A stretch of 64,000 bases of DNA from an uncultured Solirubrobacterales bacterium (GCA_963822625.1 CAWGIH010000004.1:13292-77291), one strand, 5' to 3'; positions 10,902-20,270 are shown, counted from the first letter of the stretch. A program made the numbers and translations. The notes: generated by a model from the letters alone, not told the origin.

Positions 10902-13128
10902 TCAAACCCCCGCCGGCACGGCGTGGGCCTCGCGCAGCTTGGCCACCGCCGCGCGCACGGCCTCACGGGCGTCCCGCGGCTCGAGCACGGCGGCGTCGCC
11001 GGCTTCCTTGAGGATCTCGCGCACCAGCCAGTCGAGTGCCCGCGAAGCTCAGCTCGACCACGACCGAGCCATCGTCGCGCTCCTCCACCACGCGACGCGC
11101 CTCGCGGGCCCAGCGCGCGCGCTCGGGGAAGACCAGCACGCGCGCCGCGCGTGAGGTCTCGACCTCGCCGGTGCGCAGCCAGCCGTCGACCTCCGCCGCC
11201 GGGTCGACCTCCGGGCGCGGCTCGAAGCACTCCTCGGTCACGTCCACGCTCTTGATCCGGTCCAGGCGGAAGTGGCGCATCGCGCCACGCTCGGGGTCGA
11301 ACGAGGCGACGTACCAGCCCTCGCGACCGTTCGTCAGCGCATAGGGCTCGACCCGGCGTCTGCACGATCTGGTCCTCGTTCTCCTTGTAGTACTCCAGCT
11401 CGATGATTCGCCGCTCGACGATCGCGGTCGAGACCACACGCGCCACCGCGGAATCGTCGCCCCCGGCATGGGCGACCTGCAACCCCTGCTCCATCGGGTC
11501 CTCACCGAGCGCCGCGACGATCTTCTCGCGCGCCGAGGTGAGCGAGCCCTCCGGAATGTGCTCGCCGATCAGGTCGATCGCCGCCACCAGCGCCTTCGCC
11601 TCGACCGGCAAGAGGCGCGCGGGGCGGTCGAAGTTGTCGCTGTAGGGCTCGGGGTCGACCTCGATCTCGCCCTCCTCCTCCTTGATCTCGGCATAGAGCA
11701 CATACGAGCCGCCGCCGAAGTTGACGACGTTCAGCACGTTCACGTCCTCGCGCAGCTCCTCCTCGGAGAGCTGCAGCCGCTCGCAGACCTCGGCGATCTT
11801 CACCCGGCCCAGTCCTCCGGCCTGCGCGCCACCCGCTCGCCCAGCCTGAATCAGGATGCTCGCGAGCGTCACCAGGCGCGCGAAGCGCTCCGGGCGGATC
11901 GCGGTGTCGCCGCGCGCCGCGGACCCGTCGCCTTCGCCCGCGCCGTCGGCGCTCGCTCGGCGGCCAGCGCGCGTGGACGTAGATGCGCGCGTCCTGCGGC
12001 CGTGCGTCTTGTGGCCGGCGCCCTTGCGCCTCCGCAGCGTCTGGCAGCTCCTCGCCGTGATGGCGCTCCAGCGACTCCACGCGCCGTCCGAGCTCCTCGG
12101 TCAGCTCCTGCGGCCCGAGTAGACGCGCGTGCGCGCCGAGCCCGAGCATCCACGAGACGAGGCCGCGGGGGTTGGAGTAGCTGGTCAGAAAGAGCTTGTC
12201 GCCCTCGCTCACCTCCTCGCCAGCGACCACGTCCGGGTCGGCGTCACGGATCTCGCCGCTCACCGCGTCGGGATCGGCATCGCGGATCTCGCCGTAGCGG
12301 CCGAAGTGGCGTTCGATCTGCCAGGCGATCCGCTCGGAGATCAGGATCTCGGCCACACCTTGCTCCTCGCCCGAGCTGCCAGTCGGCGCGGTTGGCATAC
12401 GCACGCGGGTCGAAGTCAGCCGGACGGCGGAAGTCGTGCTCGGCCTTGGTCGCATAGGAGACCTTGCCGCGGATCCGCGACAGGCGGAACACGCGGATCG
12501 CCTTGCGCTCGTGGGCATATCCGAGCAGATAGAACTGACCGCCCTGGAACAGCAGGTGATATGGATCGACGCGGCGCGAGCCCACCTCGTCGCGCTCCAT
12601 CGTGTAGTAGTCGAAGATGATCGTCTTGTTGCGGAAGATCGCCGTCTCGACCTTCGCCAGGCGCGCGGAGAACTCGTGGCCGCCGGCGGAGGCCGTGATG
12701 CCGAGCGCGACCGATTGCTGCTCGGGCGCCCGCAGCGGGCTGGGACGCCCCCAGGTGATCTGCTGCAGCGCGAGGCGCAGCGGCTCGGCGTAGGCGAATT
12801 CGCCGTCGAGCAGGCTCAGCGCGGTCTGCAGCGCCGCGAGCTCCTTGTCGGAGAACGCGATCGCGGGCAGGTGGAAGTTCTCCGGGCGCAGCGAGTAGTT
12901 CTCCTGCTCGGCCGCCCCGTCGGTGGGGCGCTCGACGGTCAGCTGGATGCGCAGCGATTCGAGCTCGGAGCGGTCCGCGTAGAAGCGCCGCGCGAAGGCG
13001 TCCTCGTTCATCCCGCTGTAGCCCTCCACGTCGCGCCGGATCTCCAGCGCCGTGACCGGTCTGCGCTCGGCCATCAGGTAGGAGATCAGCGACAGCTGGC
13101 GGATCAGCTTCTCGGTGTCCTTTGCCAT
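10902..13128 (-). CDS. pafBC: Fused PafB-PafC-like transcriptional regulator (two HTH-WYL-WCX units; frameshifted)
   Basis: N-half: EKLIRQLSLISYL...FARRFYADRSEL...RRVDPYHL...IRVFRLSRI. An acidic linker runs into IRPERFARLVTLASIL. C-half: RRVEPYAL...GWYV...MRHFRLDRI. No separate start or stop is evident between the halves. Confidence 0.8.
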
Positions 13129-13298
13129 CGGACTGCAAAAGATAGAAGCCTGCGGCGAGAGGACTCTCGCGCGGGGGCGTTGCGCTCGCTATTTGCGGAT
13201 TTTCACGCGTGCGTTTCGCGACCTCGACGCGGCCCAGTCGATTCTCGGGCGCTACGCGGCCTTGCGTACTTGCTCTAGGGGCTCCGTGCCCGCTGTGC

Positions 13299-14307
13299 TT
13301 ACGCGGCTTTGCGCTCTTGCTCTGCGGACTCCGTGCCCTCAGTGCTCTCAGTTCCGCGCGCGGGAAAAAGGCGGCACCGTCGATCGCGCGGTCAAAGCTC
13401 GACCAGCGCTTGCCGGGGGCGAGCTCCTTCTCGAGGCGATCGAAGCTGCCGAGCCGCCCGCCGAGGTTGTCGATCATGTGCACGAGCGTCGCCTCGCGCG
13501 TGCAGGGCACCACCGGGCTGCCGTGCTCCAGCGAGCCGTGGTGGGAGAGGATGATGTGCCCGACCGCCTGCGCCAACTCCGCCGGGAAGCCGTCGATCTC
13601 CTCGATCATGCGGCGGATGCGGTAGTAGCCGAGCGCGATCTCGCCCTGCAGCCGCCCGGCGTCGGTCAGGTCGATGATCTGCTCCCGTCCGCTTCCGTCG
13701 GTGTAGGCCTCGAGCTTGCCGATGTCGTGCAGCAGCGCGCCGGTGACCGCCACGTCGCGGTCGACGGCACCGAAGGTGGCGCTGATCGCGCTCACCGCCT
13801 GGGCGACGCCGAGGAGTGCTCGAGCAGGCCGTGGCGGTAAGCCTGGTGGTAGTACTTGGCCGCCGGGGCCACGCGGTAGCCGGCCCACAGCTCAGAGTCC
13901 TCGCCGAACACGCGCTGCAGCAGGATCAACAGATGCGGCTCCTGGATCGTGTCGAGCAGCTCGCGGACTTCCTCCTCCATCTGCTCCACCCCGCGCACGG
14001 GACCGTCGAGCAGGTCCTCGAGCGAGAAGCTGCCCGGGACCGCCTCATCGAGACTGCGCAGGTTGATCTGCGGGCCAAAGCGGGGATGCACGGTGTAGCG
14101 CCCGCGTACATGTACAAGGGCGCCGGCACAGGCGAGCTCCTGAGGTATTTCCATCTCCTCCCACACCATCGAGACGATCGCTCCGGTGCGGTCGCCGAGG
14201 TACAGGCGCAGGTACTCGCCGCCATCGCGGCGCTGGCGGCGCTCGACCTCGCGGACCAGCATCACCTGGTCGACCTCTGTGCCATCACTGAACTCGTTTA
14301 CGAGCAT
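13299..14307 (-). CDS. OB-fold + HD-domain protein, YhaM/Cbf1-like 3'-5' exonuclease (frameshifted)
   Basis: YLRLYLGDRTG (OB fold), APAAKYYHQAYRHGLLEHS, GALLHDIGK, HIILSHHGSLEHGSPVVPCTREATLVHMIDNL. Confidence 0.9.
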
Positions 14308-14314
14308 CGATTGA

Positions 14315-14336
14315 AAAGTAGTTCTGGCTGCGGACG
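14315..14336 (-). promoter_or_regulatory. Putative leaderless promoter resembling the PafBC-dependent RecA-NDp motif
   Basis: Minus strand CGTCCG-N10-TACTTT-N7-ATG, against the consensus TGTCGG-N10-TANNNT (4/6 in the upstream hexamer). Confidence 0.3.
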
Positions 14337-14410
14337 GTACGTGTGCACGAGACAGTCGAGGCTGAGGTGCTATCCCTGCGGGCATGTTGGAGAACGTCGA
14401 GGAGCCATCC

Positions 14411-14875
14411 ATGTCGGACAGCGCAAGCAGCGAAGAGCACGCTGGGGTGAATGGAGGCATCGGTAGCGCGAGCGAGACAGGGGTCATCGGCAATGCGAGG
14501 ACCCTCGCGAGCGCGGGTGTGATTGCGAGTACCGGGACAGTCGCGAGCGCGGGTGTGATTGGGAGCGGGGGGACAGTCGCAAGCGCGGGGGTGGCTGGGA
14601 GCGCCGGGACGGTCGCGAGCGCGGGGGTGATCGGCAGCGCGGGGGTGGTGATCAGCTCAGGGGTTATTGGGAGCGCCGCGATCGTGGCTGGGTTTGGCAA
14701 CGCCGGCTGCCTTGCGTGTGTCGGTTGCGTCGGGTGCCTGGATTGCACCGGTTGCGTGGGGTGTGTTGGATGTGTGGGCCTGCGCGGCGCCGTCGGGCAG
14801 GTCGGCGTGGTTGGCACGGTGAGCCGCCGGCGGCGTGGTGGGCGGTGGACACGGTGGGTGCGGTGGGCGCGGTGA
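14411..14875 (+). CDS. Small repeat protein: (S-x-G-[VT]-[IV]-[AG])n hexads followed by (Cys-x-x)8; predicted beta-solenoid, function unknown
   Basis: GAGGAG RBS before ATG 14411; repeats conserved at protein level with synonymous variation; stop overlaps the LLM start (GTGA). Confidence 0.7.
   Translation: MSDSASSEEHAGVNGGIGSASETGVIGNARTLASAGVIASTGTVASAGVIGSGGTVASAGVAGSAGTVASAGVIGSAGVVISSGVIGSAAIVAGFGNAGCLACVGCVGCLDCTGCVGCVGCVGLRGAVGQVGVVGTVSRRRRGGRWTRWVRWAR
14503..14670 (+). repeat. Degenerate 36-bp (2x18) coding tandem repeat
   Basis: About 4-5 copies of gtcgcgagcgcgggtgtgattgggagcggggggaca-like units encoding VASAGVIGSAGT. Confidence 0.85.
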
Positions 14876-15921
14876 GCAATTTATTTTCCCTCTCCATTCT
14901 CGACCAGTCCCCAATCTCTGAAGGCTCCTCTGGTTCACAGGCTTTGCGCAACACAATTGACCTTGCTCAGCTTGCCGATCGACTTGGATTTCACCGTTAT
15001 TGGGTGGCTGAGCACCATGGTGGGCCGATGCTTGCTGGGCCCTCTCCCGAGGCTCTGATCGGGCCGATCGCGGCGGCGACTTCACATATCCGTGTGGGGA
15101 GTGGCGGGGTGATGCTTCCGCATTATTCTCCGTTCAAGGTTGCCGAGAGTTTTAGTCTGCTGTCAGGATTATTTCCTGGGCGAATCGATCTCGCGCTTGG
15201 ACGCGCCGCGGGAACCGATCCACTGACGACTTTTGCTTTGCAACGCGATCGCCGCCAAGCAGCGCCGGATGATTTTCCTCAGCAATTAATTGAGTTGCTC
15301 GGTTATTTGGATGATCGGTTGCCCGCGGACCATCCATTTGCGCGGCTGGCAAAGACGCTTCCCGGCCGACCCGAGCGGCCGGAGCCGTGGTTGCTGGGGT
15401 CCTCTCAGCAGAGTGCGATCTGGGCGGCCGAGCTGGGCTTACCATATGCGTTTGCCGACTTCATCAACCCCAAGGGCGCGGAGATCACCGCGCTGTATCG
15501 CGAGCGCTTTGCCGAACATGACCATGCGGGCGCAAGTGGGAGTGCGAGCGGGGGCGTGAAGCCGCGTGTCGCGGTGGGTGTCTGGGTGATCTGCGCCGAG
15601 ACCGACGAGGAGGCCCAACGCCTGGCGGCCAGCGGGCGGATGACGTTCACCTTGTTGAGGCGCGGGCAGTTGATCGCGGTCCCGCCGCCGGAGAAGGCCG
15701 TCGAGTTCCTGGCGGGCGAGGAGCGCAGTAGCGCGCCGGGGCAGCCGCGCTCGCAGCGGCGGGCGATTGTCGGGGCGCCCGCGACGGTGCGGGCCGAGCT
15801 CGAGGACGTCGTCGCGAAATACAAAGCAGAAGAGGTGATTGTCTTGAGCATCACCTACGCGCACGAGGCGCGCAGGCGCTCTTATGAGTTGCTGGCGGAG
15901 GAGTTTGGGTTGGGCGGTTAG
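14872..15921 (+). CDS. LLM-class flavin-dependent oxidoreductase (luciferase-like, YhbW/MsnO8 type)
   Basis: LSILDQSPI, GFHRYWVAEHH, IRVGSGGVMLPHYSPFKVAESF, PGRIDLALGRAAG, PWLLGSS, AAELGLPYAFA. Confidence 0.92.
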   Translation: MSNLFSLSILDQSPISEGSSGSQALRNTIDLAQLADRLGFHRYWVAEHHGGPMLAGPSPEALIGPIAAATSHIRVGSGGVMLPHYSPFKVAESFSLLSGLFPGRIDLALGRAAGTDPLTTFALQRDRRQAAPDDFPQQLIELLGYLDDRLPADHPFARLAKTLPGRPERPEPWLLGSSQQSAIWAAELGLPYAFADFINPKGAEITALYRERFAEHDHAGASGSASGGVKPRVAVGVWVICAETDEEAQRLAASGRMTFTLLRRGQLIAVPPPEKAVEFLAGEERSSAPGQPRSQRRAIVGAPATVRAELEDVVAKYKAEEVIVLSITYAHEARRRSYELLAEEFGLGG

Positions 15922-15987
15922 GCCGCGTTCGAGCAAGCGGCTCCCGAGTCGCTCAAGAGGAGCGGCTCGCCTGACGACCTGAGTCAT

Positions 15988-16842
15988 ATGGCCTCTCGGA
16001 TACTCAATCTGCGCTGGCCCGCCGTGTGCGTGGTATGCGGTACCGCTCTGCCGGCCGGGACGCGGGCCAGGTGGGACGAGACGACACGGACGGTGACGTG
16101 CGCGGCTTGCGTGGAGTCGAGCGCAGAACAGCGCGTGACGCCGAGCGCGGAGCCGAAGGCCCAGGGCGCTGGCGCGGGAAGCACGCCGTCTGAGCTCGAG
16201 CGCGGGCAGGCAGGCGCCAGCCTGGCGCGCGAGTATCAGCGGCGCAAGCGCAACCGCGAATCCCGTATCCGCAAGACCCATCCGTGGATCGGGGGCCTGC
16301 TGCTCGCGCTGCGCGGCACACCACAACACGAGTCTGCGTTCCATCAGGGTGATCTTGGAGAGAAGGCGATCGCCGCGTACGTCGAGCAGCACACGGCACG
16401 TGGTCCGGCGATCATCCTGCACAACCGCCGCATGCCCGGCGGTCACGGCGACATCGACCACCTCGCGATTGCATCCTCAGGTGTGTTTGTCATCGATGCC
16501 AAGGCGATCAAAGGCAAGGTGCGCGTCCAGAGGCCTCTATTCGGAAAGCCCAAGCTGCGTGTGTCCGGGCGCGATCGCACCAAGCTGATCGACGGTCTCG
16601 ACCGACAGGTGCTCGCCGTGCGCCGCGCGCTCACAGCAAGCGGTCAGCCGGATGTGCCGGTGCAGGGCGTGTTGTGCTTCACGATCGCTGAGCTACCGTT
16701 GCTCGGCACGCCCAAGATGCGCGGGCACCTCCTGATTCACCGTAGAGCGCTCGCCAAGCGGATCAACAAGCCGGGGCGATTGCAGCCGCTCACGATTGAC
16801 GCGCTCGCGCACACGCTCGCAGCCGCGCTTCCGCCGGCTTGA
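15988..16842 (+). CDS. NERD (nuclease-related domain) protein with N-terminal CxxC...CxxC zinc ribbon
   Basis: CVVC...CAAC; GDLGEKAIA...LHNRR...DIDHLAIASSGVFVIDAK. Confidence 0.85.
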   Translation: MASRILNLRWPAVCVVCGTALPAGTRARWDETTRTVTCAACVESSAEQRVTPSAEPKAQGAGAGSTPSELERGQAGASLAREYQRRKRNRESRIRKTHPWIGGLLLALRGTPQHESAFHQGDLGEKAIAAYVEQHTARGPAIILHNRRMPGGHGDIDHLAIASSGVFVIDAKAIKGKVRVQRPLFGKPKLRVSGRDRTKLIDGLDRQVLAVRRALTASGQPDVPVQGVLCFTIAELPLLGTPKMRGHLLIHRRALAKRINKPGRLQPLTIDALAHTLAAALPPA

Positions 16843-17034
16843 GCGCCTTTGGGCGCGGCGGGCCAACGTAGTACTTCAACCACTCATCTATGTGAACGCA
16901 ACTATCTGATAGTGCGGCCCACAGCGAGTGTGACGGATGTACGAGTGCTCGTCAGGTCGAGGGGATCAAATCGCTATCACACGCTGCAAAGAGTCACTAC
17001 CGATGCAAATTCGTCCTCGCGGTAGGCTCCTAGG

Positions 17035-18057
17035 ATGGCTGACTGCGTCGAGCTCTCCTCTGAGCCCGAGTGCTCCGCGCTTGCCAAGAGGATCCGCGAC
17101 CCCCAACGCGACTACCCGATCGTGTGCCTGACCGCGCGGCCCGGAGAGCGCGACTCAGCCCTTCCCGCGACCGCCGTACGCGAGATTGTGGGCCCCGGCG
17201 TCCCGATCTACTTCGTAGGAACCCGCCGACTCACGAGGTATCTGGGCAGCCTCTTACCACCGCACTTCGACGTGTGGGACGGCGCGACCCGCGTGTGGTG
17301 GCCAGGCGTGAGCGAGACCAGCGACCCGATCGAGCATCCGCGTGTCTATGACCCCAGCGGACGCTACGGACAGGACAGTCTCCAAAGACTCGCGGCAGAG
17401 TTCGCGACGAAGCCCCGTCCAGAACTCACACTCAAACAACAACTCGTGCTCGCAGAACGCCAGCGCTCTCAGCTCACCGAGCGCGCAGAGCGCCTCGAGC
17501 GCGTGCTTGCCGGCACCCGTCAAGAACTGGACGAGGCGCTGCGCGGTATATCGCCTGCTGTGGACCAAACCACACAAGAGAACTCCGCCGAGCGCCCAGA
17601 TGCAGCTTCCGATGCCCTGCGGCCCGGAGACCCAACCGAGGAAATAGGCGAACAATCGTCGCCCAATCAGAGTGATGTGGAAGGCATGCTCTACAAGCTG
17701 ATCTGGTCACAGTGGGTTGATATCTGCCCGCCAAATGAGCGCACTGAGCATCCACCGCGTCGCTTCGTGATCAGCAGCGAGCTGATTCGCACGATCGTGC
17801 AACGACGCGTCGACGTCCCGATCGAGCGCCTCGCGTGGGTCTGCGCGATGGTGATCGGCGATCGTGCGATCGGCCATGCCGGGATCGACGCCCACATCTA
17901 TCGTGGCAACGAAGAAAGCGAACGCCAAGACGGAGCCAAGGCGATGCGCGCGGCTTTGAAGCGCTCGGCTGGCGGCCCGCGTCTGCACTACTGGTCGCTA
18001 CCGAACGGCACGATCGAGTTCGCACAAATCGGCTACCACGACCTGGCACTGTCTTGA
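17035..18057 (+). CDS. Hypothetical protein with coiled coil and possible RelE-like C-terminal domain
   Basis: Intact 340 aa ORF; C-terminus RQDGAKAMRAALKRSAGGPRLHYWSLPNGTIEFAQIGYHD. Confidence 0.7.
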   Translation: MADCVELSSEPECSALAKRIRDPQRDYPIVCLTARPGERDSALPATAVREIVGPGVPIYFVGTRRLTRYLGSLLPPHFDVWDGATRVWWPGVSETSDPIEHPRVYDPSGRYGQDSLQRLAAEFATKPRPELTLKQQLVLAERQRSQLTERAERLERVLAGTRQELDEALRGISPAVDQTTQENSAERPDAASDALRPGDPTEEIGEQSSPNQSDVEGMLYKLIWSQWVDICPPNERTEHPPRRFVISSELIRTIVQRRVDVPIERLAWVCAMVIGDRAIGHAGIDAHIYRGNEESERQDGAKAMRAALKRSAGGPRLHYWSLPNGTIEFAQIGYHDLALS

Positions 18058-18082
18058 ATGAGAGATGCAAGAATCACGCATC

Positions 18083-18333
18083 ATGAATCAGCCCTCGGGT
18101 TTAGCAGCCACGCGGCGTACCACCGTCGCCGCCAGACGCTCCTCGCTCGACACGCTCGAAGCGGAGGCTCGCAGGCGCGGGTTCACGCTGACCTCGGTGC
18201 TTCGGAAGCCATCGATGAGAAGGCAGCGGTCCTGCACACCACCCGTCGCCCCCGCCTCGGGATCGCACGATCAACCGACGGTCGCTCAGCCGCGGAGGTC
18301 ACGGCGAACCCGATCGCGCAGCCACCCTCCTAG
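18083..18333 (+). CDS. VapB-like (RHH/CopG) antitoxin (frameshifted)
   Basis: RRTTVAARRSSLDTLEAEARRRGFTLTSVL / EAIDEKAA...RPRLGIARSTDGRSAAE; directly followed by a PIN N-terminus. Confidence 0.65.
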
Positions 18334-18414
18334 ATACCACTGGTGCTCGACACCGGTCCGCTGCTCGCTGCCCTGCGCCCAGCGCACGTGGAGGCTCTCC
18401 AGTTGTTGTCCTGA
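18334..18414 (+). pseudogene. Truncated VapC (PIN toxin) remnant
   Basis: ATA CCA CTG GTG CTC GAC ACC GGT CCG CTG CTC GCT GCC CTG = (I)PLVLDTGPLLAAL. The start reads ATA and a stop follows after 26 codons. Confidence 0.65.
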
Positions 18415-18592
18415 ACTGTTCAAGGGGAAAGGTAACGAAGCACAGTGCCAGCAGAATGCACAAAATCTGAGTGATTGCTAGCCTTTATCAACCATGCTTG
18501 ATCAGTCGCGACACGTAGGCCTTCAGCGAAGGTAGCGCCCGCCGGGCGCCGCTCGCATCAGCGAGCCACGATCCGACTAAAAGGAACACAGC

Positions 18593-18955
18593 ATGGAGAA
18601 CCCGCGCCGCGGGCGCGTGGTCGAGCAGCACTTCCTCAACCTCCCGGGCTTCCACGCCGGCGCCTACATCCGCGCCTACGTCGAGGACACCCGCGAGCGT
18701 GAGGTCAGCCCCCCGACCGAGCACCGCAACCACTCATACAACTACGGGCCGCGAATCGTGCTCGAGATCTCTGACTGCTACAAGCGGATCGAGCTCGACT
18801 TCGACATCACCTCAGCCGAAGAGCGCCTCAACAGCTTCCACAAGGTGGAAACCCTGATCGCCGCGCTGCTGGCGTTCCGCGAGGGGCTGTCCGCCGAGGC
18901 CGCGCTGCACCGCTGCCGGGAACGTCAGCTCGCGGAGCATTCACTTCCCAGCTAA
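18593..18955 (+). CDS. Hypothetical protein (120 aa)
   Basis: AAGGA RBS, GC3-rich codon usage, intact ORF. Confidence 0.7.
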   Translation: MENPRRGRVVEQHFLNLPGFHAGAYIRAYVEDTREREVSPPTEHRNHSYNYGPRIVLEISDCYKRIELDFDITSAEERLNSFHKVETLIAALLAFREGLSAEAALHRCRERQLAEHSLPS

Positions 18956-19043
18956 AAGAATGTAGAGCAGCAGCACTAGTGCGGTGTAGACCGAAAGAAG
19001 AGGGCAGGACTAGGGACGATGTCCTGCCCTCCGAGCGGTTGAA

Positions 19044-19286
19044 TCAGTTACGGCTAACCGCGGTGTGCTGTTTGTCCACAGCGCCGCAATCGCACGTTGC
19101 ATCGACCGTCCCAGCAACGGGCCTCGCTCGTACTCGGATGGTCAACGATGGTGCCTTGATCTCTCCTTCGAATTGATGGCCCCGCCGTAGCGCCCGAAAG
19201 CACAGCACAACCACGACAGCACATCCCACCATGAAGCAGAGGGCTGAGCCGATCGCGACCACGATAAGTGGCGCGCCGACTCCCAT
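19044..19286 (-). CDS. Small single-pass membrane protein (80 aa)
   Basis: GGAGG RBS upstream; N-terminal hydrophobic helix followed by basic residues. Confidence 0.55.
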   Translation of the reverse strand: MGVGAPLIVVAIGSALCFMVGCAVVVVLCFRALRRGHQFEGEIKAPSLTIRVRARPVAGTVDATCDCGAVDKQHTAVSRN

Positions 19287-19311
19287 TGTTATCGACCTCC
19301 GTGAGTCTATT

Positions 19312-19388
19312 TCTAGTCAATGAACCGATCTCGTAAATGAACCGGTCTTAGTAAATGAACCTCTAGTCTGTCTGAACCTCTAGTCTGC
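19312..19388. repeat. Degenerate 17/18-bp direct-repeat array with TGAACC core (4 copies)
   Basis: TGAACC at 19321, 19338, 19356, 19373; paired gtaaatgaacc and tgaacctctagtctg copies. Confidence 0.75.
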
Positions 19389-19532
19389 CCACGTCGTGAC
19401 GGCGCGGACCGTCTTGAGTCTAGAGGCTGCTTGGCTAAATTTCTAGGGCGCGCGGGCGGTTCGTCCAGTCGCGCAGTGCCTGACTCTGTCCACCTTCCCG
19501 GGGAAATGGCTGCGGGTCGCGGTGAAGATGAG

Positions 19533-19811
19533 CTATGCGGCGTTACTCTGACCCGGCCAGAGGCCTGTGCGGACCCGCTCGTACAGCGTGTCGGGCGCGA
19601 GGTCGGCGCCGTTTGGCCAGCACACCGTCCCGGTCTCACGATCGACATGGGCCTCCGCGAATCCCTCGGGTGTCCGGGCGTGCTCGAAGACGGGGCCGTG
19701 CATGCGGTCGAGCACGTCCACGTCGCCGGTAAGGCCGTCGGCGAACGTCAAGTGCAGCCTGCCGTGTGCGGAGACTGCGACGTCGGTTATGTCGGGGGTC
19801 AGGCCGATCAT
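19533..19811 (-). CDS. DUF2442 protein (partner in DUF4160/DUF2442 toxin-antitoxin-like pair)
   Basis: LHLTFADGLTGDVD...GPVFE...VDRETGTVCWPNGADLAPDTLY. Confidence 0.88.
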   Translation of the reverse strand: MIGLTPDITDVAVSAHGRLHLTFADGLTGDVDVLDRMHGPVFEHARTPEGFAEAHVDRETGTVCWPNGADLAPDTLYERVRTGLWPGQSNAA

Positions 19812-20068
19812 TGGAGTGGCTCGATCGCTTGCAGTGTGACACCTTCTCGCGCGCTACGCCAGTTTGCGTCGAGCTCCTCGGCATGCATCTCGGCCCACGC
19901 GAGCACGAGCCGCCGCTCGCGGCGCCGCAGGTTGCTCTCGATGATTTCGAGGACGTCGATTCGGATCTTGGCGCTGTGCTCGGCCGCCCGGGCATGGAAG
20001 TGCGGCGGCGCGTGGTCATCGAAGTACATAGTGATCGTGACGCCCATGAAGGTGCTGATAGTCGGCAC
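19808..20068 (-). CDS. DUF4160 protein
   Basis: MPTISTFMGVTITMYFDDHAPPHFHA...LVLAWAEMHAEELDANW...IEPL; 4-nt overlap with DUF2442. Confidence 0.9.
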   Translation of the reverse strand: MPTISTFMGVTITMYFDDHAPPHFHARAAEHSAKIRIDVLEIIESNLRRRERRLVLAWAEMHAEELDANWRSAREGVTLQAIEPLQ

Positions 20069-20165
20069 GACAGCTTCCCTCTCCTCAACTGAAGAACTGA
20101 AGCTACTCAGAGCTTGGGATGCGACGCGATGGCGGGAGCACGCTGATGACCAACGCGCGCGCGCC

Positions 20166-20270
20166 TCAGACTGAGCGCGGCGGCACCCACCACGAGCGGG
20201 ACCTTGGGTTCCAACGAGCACCCAGCGCCTTTGCTTGATCCTTGTCCTTATAAGGAATATCTAGATCCAT
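20166..20270 (-). CDS. DUF5710-like microprotein or fragment (34 aa; not in ORF track)
   Basis: MDLDIPYKDKDQAKALGARWNPRSRSWWVPPRSV matches the recalled pattern LxVPYxEKDxAKxLGARWDxxxxxWyvP. Confidence 0.7.
   Translation of the reverse strand: MDLDIPYKDKDQAKALGARWNPRSRSWWVPPRSV

Noticed and set aside
10902-14307. WYL + HD as CRISPR (Cas3 HD) or CBASS/BREX-associated defence genes
   Set aside because: The HD protein has an OB fold and YhaM motifs, the WYL protein is PafBC-like, and the neighbours are housekeeping genes.
14308-14817. Pro/Ala/Thr-rich N-terminal extension of the HD protein (ORF 13792-14817)
   Set aside because: It is the antisense shadow of the plus-strand repeat gene, which has the RBS. 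HD similarity starts at MLVNEF (14307).
14872-15320. Diversity-generating retroelement as the cause of the AT-shifted tracts
   Set aside because: No reverse transcriptase or template/variable repeat pair is present, and the changes look synonymous and toward A/T rather than adenine-specific.
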